Assembly: GCA_001818315.1 (NCBI GenBank)
Contig: MHKF01000010.1
Coordinates: 3,853-67,852 of the forward strand
Reading direction: 5' to 3'
DNA from: Candidatus Kerfeldbacteria bacterium RIFCSPLOWO2_02_FULL_42_19
GTDB lineage: Bacteria; Patescibacteriota; Patescibacteriia; HO2-48-17
Length of the DNA: 64,000 nucleotides
In this document: piece by piece, positions 29,047 through 39,919 of the stretch
How positions within the stretch are numbered: position 1 is the stretch's first letter
Layout: every line of letters starts with the position of its first letter
Made by a program: the position numbers and the translations under genes
Notes under the pieces: model-generated
Told to the model about the DNA's origin: nothing
The model's database searches: none
Seen by the model: only the letters and a program-made list of their open reading frames with translations

Positions 29047-29382
29047 ATGAAAGAAGAAACGAATCGGGAAAAGCGCATTAAGGTGATGTTCCGCGACCTC
29101 AAGCAATGGTGCGGGCTCAATGCATTTCAGTATCAGGTTTTTGCGGCGATCAACCATCATGTGAGCTTGGCATATCTGGGTTACACGCTTGTCAGTTACA
29201 TGCGTTTCAAGTGGAAGAAGGAGCATGGCTGTGAAACGACTGGAGAGATGGTGAGGATTTTAAGGAGCCACTACCCCTCCTCTCACGAATTTTTGCAATG
29301 TCCCAAAATGTCCAATTGGAGCACTTCTGCAAGGGGAAGAAGCCTCAAAAGCATTAAAACTCCCCATAGCAAGGCTGCTTAG
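29047..29382 (+). pseudogene. IS4-like (DDE_Tnp_1) transposase C-terminal fragment
   Basis: IKVMFRDLKQWCGLNAFQYQ...HHVSLAYLGYTLVSY matches the conserved C-terminus of IS4-family transposases; no N-terminal catalytic part. Confidence 0.45.
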
Positions 29383-29432
29383 AGCTATGAGCCAGAAGTT
29401 CTATTATTACTGGAGACGCCTCTGCAAAAATT

Positions 29433-29461
29433 TGACAAGGTAAAAGAAACAAACTACAATA
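29433..29461 (+). promoter_or_regulatory. putative sigma70 promoter upstream of the 23S rRNA
   Basis: TTGACA, 17-nt spacer, TACAAT; about 350 nt upstream of the 23S 5' end. Confidence 0.4.
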
Positions 29462-29552
29462 ATTTCACCTAACATTTAGGTAAAACTATATGAAAACCGC
29501 TCACTCATCTCAACGTGCATTCAGCGACTGATCATATATTTTTGCCTGCCAA

Positions 29553-29582
29553 AAAGGTCGCTGAAAAAAGCGACTTTTTTGA
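29553..29582 (+). terminator. rho-independent terminator-like hairpin in the rRNA leader
   Basis: gtcgct-gaaaaaa-agcgac followed by tttttt. Confidence 0.5.
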
Positions 29583-31426
29583 TCTCAGAGCCATTGTGTG
29601 ATATCACCACAAGAGCTTCTTACCCCACACTCTGCGCAAAATCCGTCCACTTCACACCAATTTCATTTTTGCCTAGCGATGTGCTGTAAGAAAAACTACT
29701 GCTGAAAAACCGGCTATTTGACAATTTAATCAACGCATGAAAATGCAATTATAGACCGAATCTCTTCTCGTACACAATCATAATCACGACATTACGAAGT
29801 GTTTATGATTCAACAAGCAAGAGCATATGGTGGATGCCTAGACATGCAAAGCCGATGAAGGACGTAGCAGCCTGCGATAAGCTTCGGGGAGGTGGCAAGC
29901 AACCTTTGATCCGAAGATCTCCGAATGGGGAAACCCTTCCGATAGAAGATCGGAAATCATGCACTGAATTCATAGGTGCATGAGGACAACCTAGTGAATT
30001 GAAACATCTTAGTAGCTAGAGGAAAAGAAAGAAATTATCAATACTTTTCTATAAGATTGGCGCACGCCAAAAGCGAATGCGCTCCTTATAGAAAGGTATT
30101 GCGATTCCCTGAGTAGTGGCGAACGAAAAGGGAGCAGCAAAAACCTTTACAACGTACTCTAACTTCGTGTTAGGGAGAGAAGTGATACGCTGCTGTTATA
30201 AAGGTGTTGTGAGAGACTTACGTTTGGAGCGTATTGATCCAAGATAGAGTTTAACAAACAAAATACTTAGAAGAACGCCGTGGAAAACGGAGGCCATAGA
30301 AGGTGACAGCCCTGTATTTAAAAAGTGTTTTGTACTCTATGGTAGGTATTCTCGAGTACCATGGGACACGTGAAATCCTATGGGAAGCCAGGTCGACTAT
30401 GACCTAATGCTCAATACTTTGCATGATCGATAGTGAACCAGTACCGTGAGGGAAAGGTGAAAAGCACCCCGGAAGGGGGATGAAATAGTATCTGAAACCA
30501 TATGCTTACAGAACGTTGGAGGGCTATGCCTCGCAAGAGGAATGCCTCACAGCGTGCCTATTGAAGAATGAGCCAGTGAGTTCGTAGGTAGAGTTCGAAT
30601 AAGTCCTACGGGACGTATTCAGAGTGAAAGCGAGCGTTAAAAGCGCGATCATCATTAATAATGCGCAAGCGAGTTGGTTACTCAGTTTACTGAGTGATCG
30701 CACATTCGCCAGCGCTTATTGGTGATACGATTCTACTTACGAGACCCGAAGCCGTGCGACCTACCCATGACCAGGGTGAACCCCGATGAAGATCGGGGGG
30801 AGGCCCGAACCCGTGAGCCGTGCAAAACTCTGGGATGAGTTGTGGGTAGCGGAGAAATTCCAATCGAGCTCGGCGATAGCTGGTTCTCCTCGAAATAGCT
30901 TTAGGGCTAGCCTTGTTAATTCCCCTTTGGAGGTAGAGCACTGGATGGGTTGGGGTGGCTTTTTGCCTACTCAATCTAACCAAACTCCGAATGCCAAAGG
31001 ATGTTATAACAGGAGTCAGACCGTGAGGGCCAAGCTTCACAGGTCAAAAGGGAAACAGCCCAGATCGCCATCTAAGGTCCCAAAATTGAGGTTAAGTGGA
31101 GAAGGTAGTGCTATGGCTTATACAACTAGGAGGTTGGCTTAGAAGCAGCCATCCTTTAAAGAAAGCGTAACAGCTCACTAGTCGAGTCATTGCGCGCCGA
31201 AGATGTAACGGGGCTCAAACCTCGTACCGAAGATGCGACTTCGGTATGCGAAAGCATACTGAGGGGTAGAGGAGCATTCTGTATCCGATGAAGTCGTACC
31301 GAAAGGAACGGTGGAGGATACAGAAGAGAGAATGCTGGTATGAGTAACAAAAAGACAGGTGAAAACCCTGTCCACCGTAAACCCAAGGTTTCCTGGGCAA
31401 CGCAAATCGTCCCAGGGTGAGTCGAT

Positions 31427-31460
<34 letters not shown>

Positions 31461-31961
31461 GAGCAGGTTAATATTCCTGCACTACCGTGCTGTTGTTTCA
31501 CCAGACGCATATTCCAATTCTGAACATTATTTGGCTACTGATGTCTCAGTGTTTCACGCAAGTGGAACATCGAGCGAGGGAGAGTGGAAACACAATCCCA
31601 AGTCAGAAGTAAGATGTGCCAAGAAAAAAAGTGAAACGCGTGCAGTGCGGTAATCGTACCGGAAACCGACACAGGTGGGTGGGTGCGAAATGCACTCAGG
31701 TGTACGAGAGAACCTTCGTTTAGGAACTAGGCAATACAACGGCCGTAACTTAGGGATAAGGCCTGCCCGATCGCCGAAAGGCAATTGGGCCGCAGCGAAA
31801 GACCTCAAGCGACTGTTTATCAAAAACACAGCTCCCTGCTAAACCGTAAGGTGATGTATAGGGGGTGATGCCTGGCCAGTGTCCGAACGTTAAGGGGAGG
31901 GGTGCAAGCCTCGAACCGAAGCGCGGATGAACGCCGGCGATAACTATAATCGTCCTAAGGT

Positions 31962-32662
31962 TAAACGCTTTTTAGCTAAAATAAGCAAAAGAGTGTTTAA
32001 GGACTGGGACGATTATATATCAAACGCTGCCTCGTTTTGCAGCAATGTAAAATGGTCAAAAAAAATGTGGCTATATGCTGGAAAATCTTATAAAATACTA
32101 GGGTTAGAATAAACCATAGTTATGAAATGAGATAATCAGCAGGAAAGGCCAGAAGTAATTGGATGGATTACCGGATTTGTAGATGGTGAAGGATGCTTTT
32201 CAGTAAGTATCATCCGGAACCAAACGACAAAGCTCGGTTGGCAAGTATTTCCTGAATTCGTCGTAACACAAGGAGAAAAAAGTAAAAATCATTGAATCTA
32301 CTCAAAAATTACTTCGGATGTGGAAGTATATATAGAAACCGAAGACATGATAACCACACAGAAGATCTCCTTAAATACTGCGTACGATCACAAAAAGAAA
32401 TAAGGAAAAAGATCATCCCCTTCTTCGATAAAAATTCACTCAGAACAGCAAAAGCAAATGACTTTAGGAAATTCAAAAAAATCCTAGAGCTCATGGAAAA
32501 GAATGAACATAAGAATATGAAGGGTTTAAAAAAAATTGCCATCATCATTCAAACGATGAATCGAAAAATCCCATCAAAACTACTGGAATCCTCAGAGACT
32601 ACACGCCATACCCCTTCTGTTAAGAAGGGTGAAGATATAGTCCGGACTCCAAAGGAAGTCAG
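31962..32662 (+). mobile_element. group I intron in 23S, at the position equivalent to E. coli 1917, with a degenerate LAGLIDADG homing endonuclease ORF
   Basis: Exon junction cctaaggU | ... G | agcgaaattcc restores the conserved 23S sequence. Internal ORF pieces contain ITGFVDGEGCF (LAGLIDADG motif 1) and LLKNYFGCGSIY, but there is no start codon and a frameshift lies between them. Confidence 0.7.
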
Positions 32663-32684
32663 AGCGAAATTCCTTGTCGGGTAA
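32131..32684 (+). pseudogene. LAGLIDADG homing endonuclease remnant inside the intron
   Basis: Two frames are needed: ...GWITGFVDGEGCFSVSIIRNQ...QGEKSKNH* and then MNLLKNYFGCGSIYRNRRHD... The first segment has no initiation codon. Confidence 0.55.
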
Positions 32685-33216
32685 GTTCCGACGTGCACGA
32701 ATGGCATAACGACTTGAGGACTGTCTCAACGAGGGACTCGGTGAAATTGCATGGCCCGTGAAGATGCGGGCAACCCGCAGCTGGACGGAAAGACCCCGTG
32801 GAGCTTTACTACAGCTTGGCATTGATTTAGGATTGCGTTTGTTCAGTATAAGTGGGAGACTCTGAAGTCCCGACGCTAGTTGGGATGGAGTCGCCAATGA
32901 GATACCACTCTTATGCGATTTTAATTCTAACTCCTACCCGTGAATCCGGGGGGAGGACAGTGTCTGGTGGGTAGTTTGACTGGGGCGGTGGCCTCATAAA
33001 GAGTAACTGAGGCGTTCACAAAGGTTGGCTACTCCGGGATGGAAATCCGGAGGATAGTGCAAAGGCAAAAGCCAGCTTTACTGCAAGGGGAACATCCCGC
33101 GCAGTCACGAAAGTGGGACTTAGTGATCCGACCGTTACGAGTTTTAAGTACGCAAGTACTTGGGACTCTCGATATAGGACGGCGGAAGCTCAACGGATAA
33201 AAGTTACCCCGGGGAT

Positions 33217-33496
33217 ACATACTCTGTGTCCCTTTCATTCGGTAACGAATGGAAATAGTATACGGCTAATAACGGTGAAGCTCTCTTCGCATACATCGAA
33301 TGCGAAAGAGTAATACCGTGGGAAGTCCTCCGACACCATGTCAGAGTGACCCCGTATCGACTGAGAGCGAGAAACAATACAGCAATAGAGCTCGAGATTC
33401 TGGTTAAATCCCAGAATAATACGCCGTACTCCCGATAAAAATCGGGATGAAGATATAGTCAGTGCCTTAAGGAAACTTAAGGAAGAAAATAACACG
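33217..33496 (+). mobile_element. second, ORF-less group I-like intron in 23S, at the position equivalent to E. coli 2449 (peptidyl-transferase loop)
   Basis: Removing 33217..33496 restores ccccggggaU | aacaggctg, the conserved GGGGAUAACAGGCUG. The 5' exon ends in U and the insert ends in G. Confidence 0.55.
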
Positions 33497-33536
33497 AACA
33501 GGCTGGTAGCGCCCAAGCGTCCATAGCGACGGCGCT

Positions 33537-33571
<35 letters not shown>

Positions 33572-33607
33572 CGGTGCAGAAGCTGCCAAGGGTTTGGCTG
33601 TTCGCCA

Positions 33608-33642
<35 letters not shown>

Positions 33643-34143
33643 CGAGACAGTTCGGTCCCCTATCCGCTGTGGGCGTTGAAACTTGAGAAGGCTCTTCCTC
33701 AGTACGAGAGGACCAGGAAGAACAGACCTCCCGTGTATCGGTTGTCCTGCCAAGGGCATTGCCGAGTAGCGACGTCTGGTTAAGATAAACGCTGAAAGCA
33801 TCTAAGCGTGAAGCTGTCTTCAAGATAAGGTTTCGTTTGAGGTCCCCGGAAGACTACCGGGTTGATAGGCTCTACGTAGAAGCGCGGTAACGCGTGAAGC
33901 GAAGGAGTACTAATAGACCGATGTTGAATCATATTCACTTTGTGGTGTTGTGAAACACCCTTCGAGAAGAGATTAACAGCATTTTCATGCGCAAAAATAT
34001 TTCGTATTCCATGGCACTCCGACTTGTGTCCACTTTCATAGTTATTGGTATTCTCACGACGCTCATTCTACTCACAACAGAAACAACTATCGCGGGACTC
34101 TAGGAACCCAGAGTGGAAGTCACTATCCAAAGTGACTCTTACT

Positions 34144-34251
34144 CTGGTGCTTCTAGCGACGGGGAAACACCTGTTCCCATCCCGAACACAGCCGTTAAGC
34201 CCGCCAGCGCCGATGATAGTGCCACAAGCGTGAAAGTAGGTCAGTGCCAGG
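34144..34251 (+). rRNA. rrf: 5S rRNA
   Basis: cccatcccgaacacag, gccgatgatagtg, and terminal helix ctggtgc/gtgccag. About 210 nt downstream of the 23S. Confidence 0.8.
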
Positions 34252-34261
34252 ATTATCAAGA

Positions 34262-34295
34262 CTCCCGCTCACAACACGGGAGTCTTTGTTTTATT
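34262..34295 (+). terminator. rho-independent terminator after the 5S
   Basis: gactcccg-ctcacaacac-gggagtc followed by tttgtttt. Confidence 0.6.
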
Positions 34296-34350
34296 ATCAA
34301 AATCCAGATAGAGTAATGGCAACGCACATTCCAACCAAAAGGAGAACGCT

Positions 34351-34797
34351 ATGAAAGCAAATCTTGTAGTACACTTTTCTAGGGGACTGGATGAATGTAA
34401 AGTGAAGGGACTCCTCATTGTCCGATGCGTAGCTCTTGCGAACCAGGGGCTTCGTGAAATAACATGGAACGTTGATCCAACCGCACACACTATCACACTC
34501 GGAGGCGACGTTGAATGTCTCAAAAGCATTGCGCAACTCATCGAGCAACGACGCATCACAGCAACAGGAAAAAAATCAGAAAAAAAATTCTACTCGTGGA
34601 GCCTCGACTCTCTTAAGCCCTCAAGAAAAAATTTTCATGAAGTCTACAAAGCATTTGCGGTCGAGCCAAATAATTGTCTTTATATTGATAATGAAGAACG
34701 AAGCACAGATGCAGCAAAAAAGTACGGATTCAAGGTTATTACTTTCAAGAGTCTTCCGAAGTTGAGACACCAGTTAAGCGTCATGAAAATTTTTTAA
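34351..34797 (+). CDS. hypothetical protein, possibly HAD-like C-terminal half
   Basis: CLYIDNEERSTDAAKKYGFKVITF resembles the distal motifs of HAD hydrolases, but the N-terminal DxD is absent. Confidence 0.35.
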   Translation: MKANLVVHFSRGLDECKVKGLLIVRCVALANQGLREITWNVDPTAHTITLGGDVECLKSIAQLIEQRRITATGKKSEKKFYSWSLDSLKPSRKNFHEVYKAFAVEPNNCLYIDNEERSTDAAKKYGFKVITFKSLPKLRHQLSVMKIF

Positions 34798-34902
34798 TGG
34801 GGTCATTCGTTTAAGTAATATGTAAGAATATATTCAGAATGAAAATACAACATAAGTCTATGACGCACACAAGGGGTATGTTACACTCCATCAATCAACT
34901 CT

Positions 34903-36144
34903 ATGAAACCATACATTCTGGATCTTCACATTCATTCAAGATTTTCACGCGGATGCTCTAAATATCTGACACTTGACTCCGTCGCCGCGTGGTGTGAAAA
35001 AAAAGGCATCGACATTGTTGCGACGGGCGATTTTACACATCCCGGCTGGTTTACTGAACTCAAACAACAACTCGTCGAAACCGAACCAGGGTTGTATTCA
35101 CTTACAAATAAAACTTCGAAGACGCGCTTCATTTGCTCCACAGAAATAAGCTGTATCTACAAAAAAAACGACGCGACGCGACGTATTCACGTGCTCATCG
35201 TAGCTCCAAACCTCATTATAGTAGAAAAAATAAACACGAAACTCAACGAAATCGGCAATATCAAATCTGACGGCCGACCGATTCTTGGACTCGATGTTAA
35301 AGAACTTCTCAAAATCTGTCTCGAGATCGACGAACGCTGTCTTATGATTCCCGCACATATATGGACTCCGTGGTTTTCTCTCTTTGGTTCTAAATCTGGA
35401 TTCGATCACCTCGAAGATTGTTTCGAAGAAATGACCCCGTATATTTACGCCATCGAAACAGGTTTGTCGTCAGACCCAAAAATGAATTGGGGTCTCAAAC
35501 AACTGAACAACCTTGCGATTCTTTCTCATTCCGACGCGCACTCCGTAGAAAATCTTGCGCGCGAAGCAGATGTGTTCGCACTCGAGCAGCCAAGTTACGA
35601 TGCGATATACGAAATAATCAAAACGCGCGATCCAAAACAATTTCTCTACACGATAGAATTCTATCCGGAAGAAGGAAAATATCATTTTGATGGACATCGC
35701 GACTGTAACATTCGCTTTACACCGGAAGAATCTCACAAGCACAAAAATATCTGTCCAAAATGCGGACGAAGTTTAACGATCGGGGTACTCAATCGTGTTA
35801 ACGCGCTCTCAGATCAACCAGAGAATTCAAAAGGAAGAATCCCATTCAAATACGTCGTGCCGCTGGCGCAAATTATCGCTGAGTCACTTCAGAAAAATGT
35901 ACACACCAAAGCAGTCGACCAAATATACGAGCAACTCACAAAACACACACCCGAATTTCAACTCCTCCTCCACATGCCGTTTGCAGAGTTACGTACAATC
36001 GCGGAAGATCGCATCGTCGAAGGCATCAAAAGGATGCGGGAAGGAAACCTCATCATTCATCCAGGATTCGATGGGGTCTATGGAGAAGTAAAAATTTTTT
36101 CCAAAGAAGAAATATCTCGCGAAAAACAAGGTGTTTTATTTTAA
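34903..36144 (+). CDS. PHP-domain protein with Zn-ribbon, endonuclease Q (TIGR00375)-like
   Basis: N-terminal LDLHIHSRFSRG PHP metal-binding motif; internal Cys/His cluster DCNIRF...HKHKNICPKCG; about 413 aa, matching EndoQ-family size and architecture. Confidence 0.45.
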   Translation: MKPYILDLHIHSRFSRGCSKYLTLDSVAAWCEKKGIDIVATGDFTHPGWFTELKQQLVETEPGLYSLTNKTSKTRFICSTEISCIYKKNDATRRIHVLIVAPNLIIVEKINTKLNEIGNIKSDGRPILGLDVKELLKICLEIDERCLMIPAHIWTPWFSLFGSKSGFDHLEDCFEEMTPYIYAIETGLSSDPKMNWGLKQLNNLAILSHSDAHSVENLAREADVFALEQPSYDAIYEIIKTRDPKQFLYTIEFYPEEGKYHFDGHRDCNIRFTPEESHKHKNICPKCGRSLTIGVLNRVNALSDQPENSKGRIPFKYVVPLAQIIAESLQKNVHTKAVDQIYEQLTKHTPEFQLLLHMPFAELRTIAEDRIVEGIKRMREGNLIIHPGFDGVYGEVKIFSKEEISREKQGVLF

Positions 36145-36245
36145 AAAACTACAATACAAAAAATACTAAAAGTAACACAAAAGCGACTTTAAAATGCTCT
36201 AAATGCGAGAATCACACACATCAGAACACTCATATACAATCAATT

Positions 36246-36776
36246 TTGATGCTATTCAACATGCTCGAGAATATTCTATTTCTCCCCTTTTTCCTCTTGT
36301 TAGCTCCTATCATAGGCATCATGTCGATCACCTTCCTAAACCCTTTCTCATCTCTGTTTGTTGGAATTACATGCCTCCTTTTTTTAATTGCAAATAAATT
36401 ACCGAAACATATACGAATGACAGTTATTCTGAGTATGTGTCTTGGAATTATTCTCACATGGTTCAGTCTGATGCTCTCATATCAAGAAATTCCGAACAAC
36501 ATTAATGTACTTGAGAAACCTATTGCATCTGGAGGATTTCCATTGAAGGCATTTGAATATCCGCATCCGCCCATGGGTGCTGACTTTCCACCGATTCAAA
36601 CGTGGTCATTATTTTACAAAAACTTCTTCTTTTGGTTACTTGTCAGCGTTCCAATGATTATGTTGTTGCGCTCCAAAATTTCCAAAGTAATCTTCATGCG
36701 CACCGCGCTCATACTTACTCTCTCTCTCTGGGTAACAGCCGGTGGGTTGGGTTATCTCCTCCTCAAATTCGATTAA
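36246..36776 (+). CDS. integral membrane protein, unknown function
   Basis: Four or five hydrophobic helices. Confidence 0.4.
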   Translation: MMLFNMLENILFLPFFLLLAPIIGIMSITFLNPFSSLFVGITCLLFLIANKLPKHIRMTVILSMCLGIILTWFSLMLSYQEIPNNINVLEKPIASGGFPLKAFEYPHPPMGADFPPIQTWSLFYKNFFFWLLVSVPMIMLLRSKISKVIFMRTALILTLSLWVTAGGLGYLLLKFD

Positions 36777-37035
36777 ACTCGGATTAAAAACCGGCCTTGC
36801 ATCCAAAAACGCTGTGCAGCACTTTATATACAACAAAGAAAGGAAGTGAGATGAAATTGGACAGAACGATGTTTCTGGATGCAAGGACCAAGTACTCAAC
36901 GGTCTGAATCAATTCTAGTCTATTTTTTCATACTTGGTCAAATCGAAATTTTTACTTTTCGACCTCATTTTGTTATAATCACAATACTTTTCGCACCTAT
37001 ACAAAGGAGGAGTTTTCATCAGTAAACTCGATACC

Positions 37036-37935
37036 ATGACAAAAATCCGCAAAGCTATTATTCCTGCTGCCGGAATGGGCACGCGCTTTTTACCAGCAAC
37101 CAAAGCCCAACCCAAAGAAATGCTTCCAGTCGTCGACAAACCTATCATTCAATATGTTGTTGAGGAAGCAGTTGCCTCCGGCATAGAAGACATTATCATT
37201 GTCACCGGATGGCACAAACGAAGTATTGAAGATCATTTCGATCATTCGTTCGAACTCGAACAACATCTGAAGCAAGCTGGAAAAATCGAACAACTCAAAG
37301 AAATACGGCGCATTGCGAACATGGCAAATTTCATTTATATACGCCAAAAAGGGCCATACGGAAACGGAACACCGGTGCTCTCTGCACGACATCTGGTTGA
37401 AGATGAACCCTTTGCAGTGTTGTGGGGTGATGAGTTCATCTATTCACATCCACCGCGATTGAAGCAGATCATAGATGTATACGAAAAATATGAGATGCCG
37501 GTCATCAGCGGCGTCAAGATAGAAAAAAAAGAATTGCTATCAAACTACGGCATCGCTGAAACCCAAACGTTAGAGCCCGGGATACACAGAATCGTCAGTA
37601 TTGTTGAAAAACCAAAACCAGAGCAAGCTCCTTCGAATCTCGCGGTGCATGGCGCCTATATCCTCACACCGGAAATTTTAGATATCCTCTCCGAAACAAA
37701 ACCTGGTAAAGGCAATGAAATCTGGCTGATCGACGCACTCAATACATACATGAAAAGCAAAACAATTCTCGCGAGAGAAATTCAGGATGGAAAATACTAC
37801 GATACCGGTAACAAACTCGAATACCTCAAAGCAAATATCGATTTTGCGCTAGAACGAAAAGAATTGCGAAAACCACTACTCAGCTACATGAAGCAAAAAA
37901 TGAGAGAAAACGGACATAAGATAATTCCAGCATAG
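37036..37935 (+). CDS. galU: UTP--glucose-1-phosphate uridylyltransferase
   Basis: KAIIPAAGMGTRFLPATKAQPKEMLPVVDKPIIQY signature N-terminus; about 299 aa. Confidence 0.9.
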   Translation: MTKIRKAIIPAAGMGTRFLPATKAQPKEMLPVVDKPIIQYVVEEAVASGIEDIIIVTGWHKRSIEDHFDHSFELEQHLKQAGKIEQLKEIRRIANMANFIYIRQKGPYGNGTPVLSARHLVEDEPFAVLWGDEFIYSHPPRLKQIIDVYEKYEMPVISGVKIEKKELLSNYGIAETQTLEPGIHRIVSIVEKPKPEQAPSNLAVHGAYILTPEILDILSETKPGKGNEIWLIDALNTYMKSKTILAREIQDGKYYDTGNKLEYLKANIDFALERKELRKPLLSYMKQKMRENGHKIIPA

Positions 37936-37945
37936 CATAAGCCCT

Positions 37946-39379
37946 ATGTTCACTCGAAAACAAAATCTGCAAAAAAATACAGTAAGTCCAAAATATAAAG
38001 TGCGTCGCAAACACATCATACGCATACTCACATATGGAACACTCACGAGTCTGCTTGTGATAGTATTTGCAGGATGCGGAGAACGAATAACGCCTCCAGA
38101 AAAAGTTGAATTAGAATACTGGGGCGTGTGGAATGAAAAAAGCGAAATCCAAAAAATTATTACCGACTTCAATGCGAAGTACTCGCATATCAGTATCAAA
38201 TATCGCAAGCTTCGCTACGAAGAATATCAAGATCTGCTACTCACTGGTTGGGCGCAAGACAAGGGACCAGATATCTTTGCCATACAAAATTCCTGGGTAG
38301 GAGCATACAAAAACTTCATAGAGCCGATGCCGCAAAGCATGACGGTGAAACGGAAATACATTAAAGAAAGTTTTGCTGGCGCAAAAAAAGATGAAGTTGT
38401 GGAAGAAGTAAAAATTCCAGGATACGACGCACGAACACTCAATCAAAAATTCGTTCAAGTTATGGTGGACGACGCGGTCATTAATAACCAAATCTACGGT
38501 CTTCCACTCAGTATCGATACTCTTGCCATGTACTATAACCGAGATCTCCTCTCGCAAGCGCAAATCACGCAACCTCCTACACTTTGGTCAGAATTTATAG
38601 AGATCATCCCTCGATTAACTCTTCTCGACCAAGATGGAAATATTATCCGATCTGGTGCTGCGATGGGCGCTACACAGAATGTAGATCGTGCGGTAGATAT
38701 TCTTGCGAATCTCATGCTGCAAAACGGAACAAATATTGTAGAAGAAAAGAGAGTTGTGCTTACACAGGAATCGGCAACACAGAAGGGATACTACCCCGGA
38801 CCACGAGCACTTGAATTCTATACTGACTTTGCAGTACCAACCAAACAAGTGTATACGTGGAACGAAAATATGCCAAATTCATTAGAAGCCTTTGCACAAG
38901 GACGAGTCGCATTCTTTTTTGGTTACGCCTATCACCTTCCACTCGTCCAAGCGCAAGCGCAGGGAATCAACTTTGACATCGTAAAATTCCCGCAAATTGA
39001 TACAAATCGGACTGTGAACTTTGCCAATTATTGGATTGAAACTGTAGCAAAAAAAAGTGAGCACCAGAACGAAGCATGGGCTTTTCTACAATTTGCAACG
39101 GATGAGGAAAATGTGATTCCTTTTCTAGAGAAAAGTAAAAAACCAACAGCCTTGTTATCGCTCATTACATCACAAGTAAGTGAAAATCCGATTCTTTCAC
39201 CTTTTATCATTCAAGGCCTGACGGCAAAAAGTTGGTATAGCGGACGCAAACCAGTTGAAGCTGAAGCAGCGCTTGAAAACGCTATCCAAAAAATTCTTGC
39301 CAAGGACGTGCCTGAGGAAGGCGACCCCTATGCAAAGGTGCTCCAAGACGTAGCAAAAAAAATTCAGGGAACACTATGA
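37946..39379 (+). CDS. ABC transporter substrate-binding lipoprotein (sugar-type, family 1-like)
   Basis: Lipobox VFAGC; size and composition of extracellular solute-binding proteins. Confidence 0.6.
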   Translation: MFTRKQNLQKNTVSPKYKVRRKHIIRILTYGTLTSLLVIVFAGCGERITPPEKVELEYWGVWNEKSEIQKIITDFNAKYSHISIKYRKLRYEEYQDLLLTGWAQDKGPDIFAIQNSWVGAYKNFIEPMPQSMTVKRKYIKESFAGAKKDEVVEEVKIPGYDARTLNQKFVQVMVDDAVINNQIYGLPLSIDTLAMYYNRDLLSQAQITQPPTLWSEFIEIIPRLTLLDQDGNIIRSGAAMGATQNVDRAVDILANLMLQNGTNIVEEKRVVLTQESATQKGYYPGPRALEFYTDFAVPTKQVYTWNENMPNSLEAFAQGRVAFFFGYAYHLPLVQAQAQGINFDIVKFPQIDTNRTVNFANYWIETVAKKSEHQNEAWAFLQFATDEENVIPFLEKSKKPTALLSLITSQVSENPILSPFIIQGLTAKSWYSGRKPVEAEAALENAIQKILAKDVPEEGDPYAKVLQDVAKKIQGTL

Positions 39380-39888
39380 CACGCCTAGCAAATCCACAAC
39401 CAAATATCCTCAAGAGTTGCAGAAGGTTTACACTCATACTCATCGTGCTCGGGATTCTCACATTCACAATACCTTTTGCTGTGAAAGCGCAAGGAATTCT
39501 TCCCGAATGTGCACTTACACAACAAGATCCTGCCACAGCATGCGGTTATTGTGATTTTATTAAACTCGCTGTGAACGTATCGCGCCTGGGACTTGGAATT
39601 CTTGGCGGCGTAACCCTTGCCTTCTTCGGTTGGGGTGGACTCATGTTGCTTTTATCCGCCGGCAACAGAGAAAAAATAAACAAAGGCTGGCAAATTCTGC
39701 TTGGTGCGATGATGGGGCTTGCGATCGTCGTACTTGCATGGACAATGGTAAACTTTATCGTGTGGGCACTTGTAAGTGGAGAAATAAACACGATCGGCGA
39801 TGTAAAAATTTTTCCAACTGATGCCAATCTCAACTGGTGGGAAGGGCATTGCACTCAAAATGCCAATACTCCAACACCTCAACCATAA
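39376..39888 (+). CDS. TrbC/VirB2-like (T4SS-pilin-like) small membrane protein, paralog 1
   Basis: Shared motif LAFFGWGGLMLLLSAGNREKINKGWQILLGAMMGLAIVVLAW; two TM segments. Confidence 0.55.
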   Translation: MTRLANPQPNILKSCRRFTLILIVLGILTFTIPFAVKAQGILPECALTQQDPATACGYCDFIKLAVNVSRLGLGILGGVTLAFFGWGGLMLLLSAGNREKINKGWQILLGAMMGLAIVVLAWTMVNFIVWALVSGEINTIGDVKIFPTDANLNWWEGHCTQNANTPTPQP

Positions 39889-39919
39889 AATACATTGTAA
39901 ATAAAGTGTTTTTTATCTT

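Noticed and set aside
32292-32684. 130-aa ORF as an intact homing endonuclease
   Set aside because: Only the second LAGLIDADG-containing half is in this frame. The first half is in another frame without a start codon, and the ORF runs into exon sequence. Called a pseudogene.
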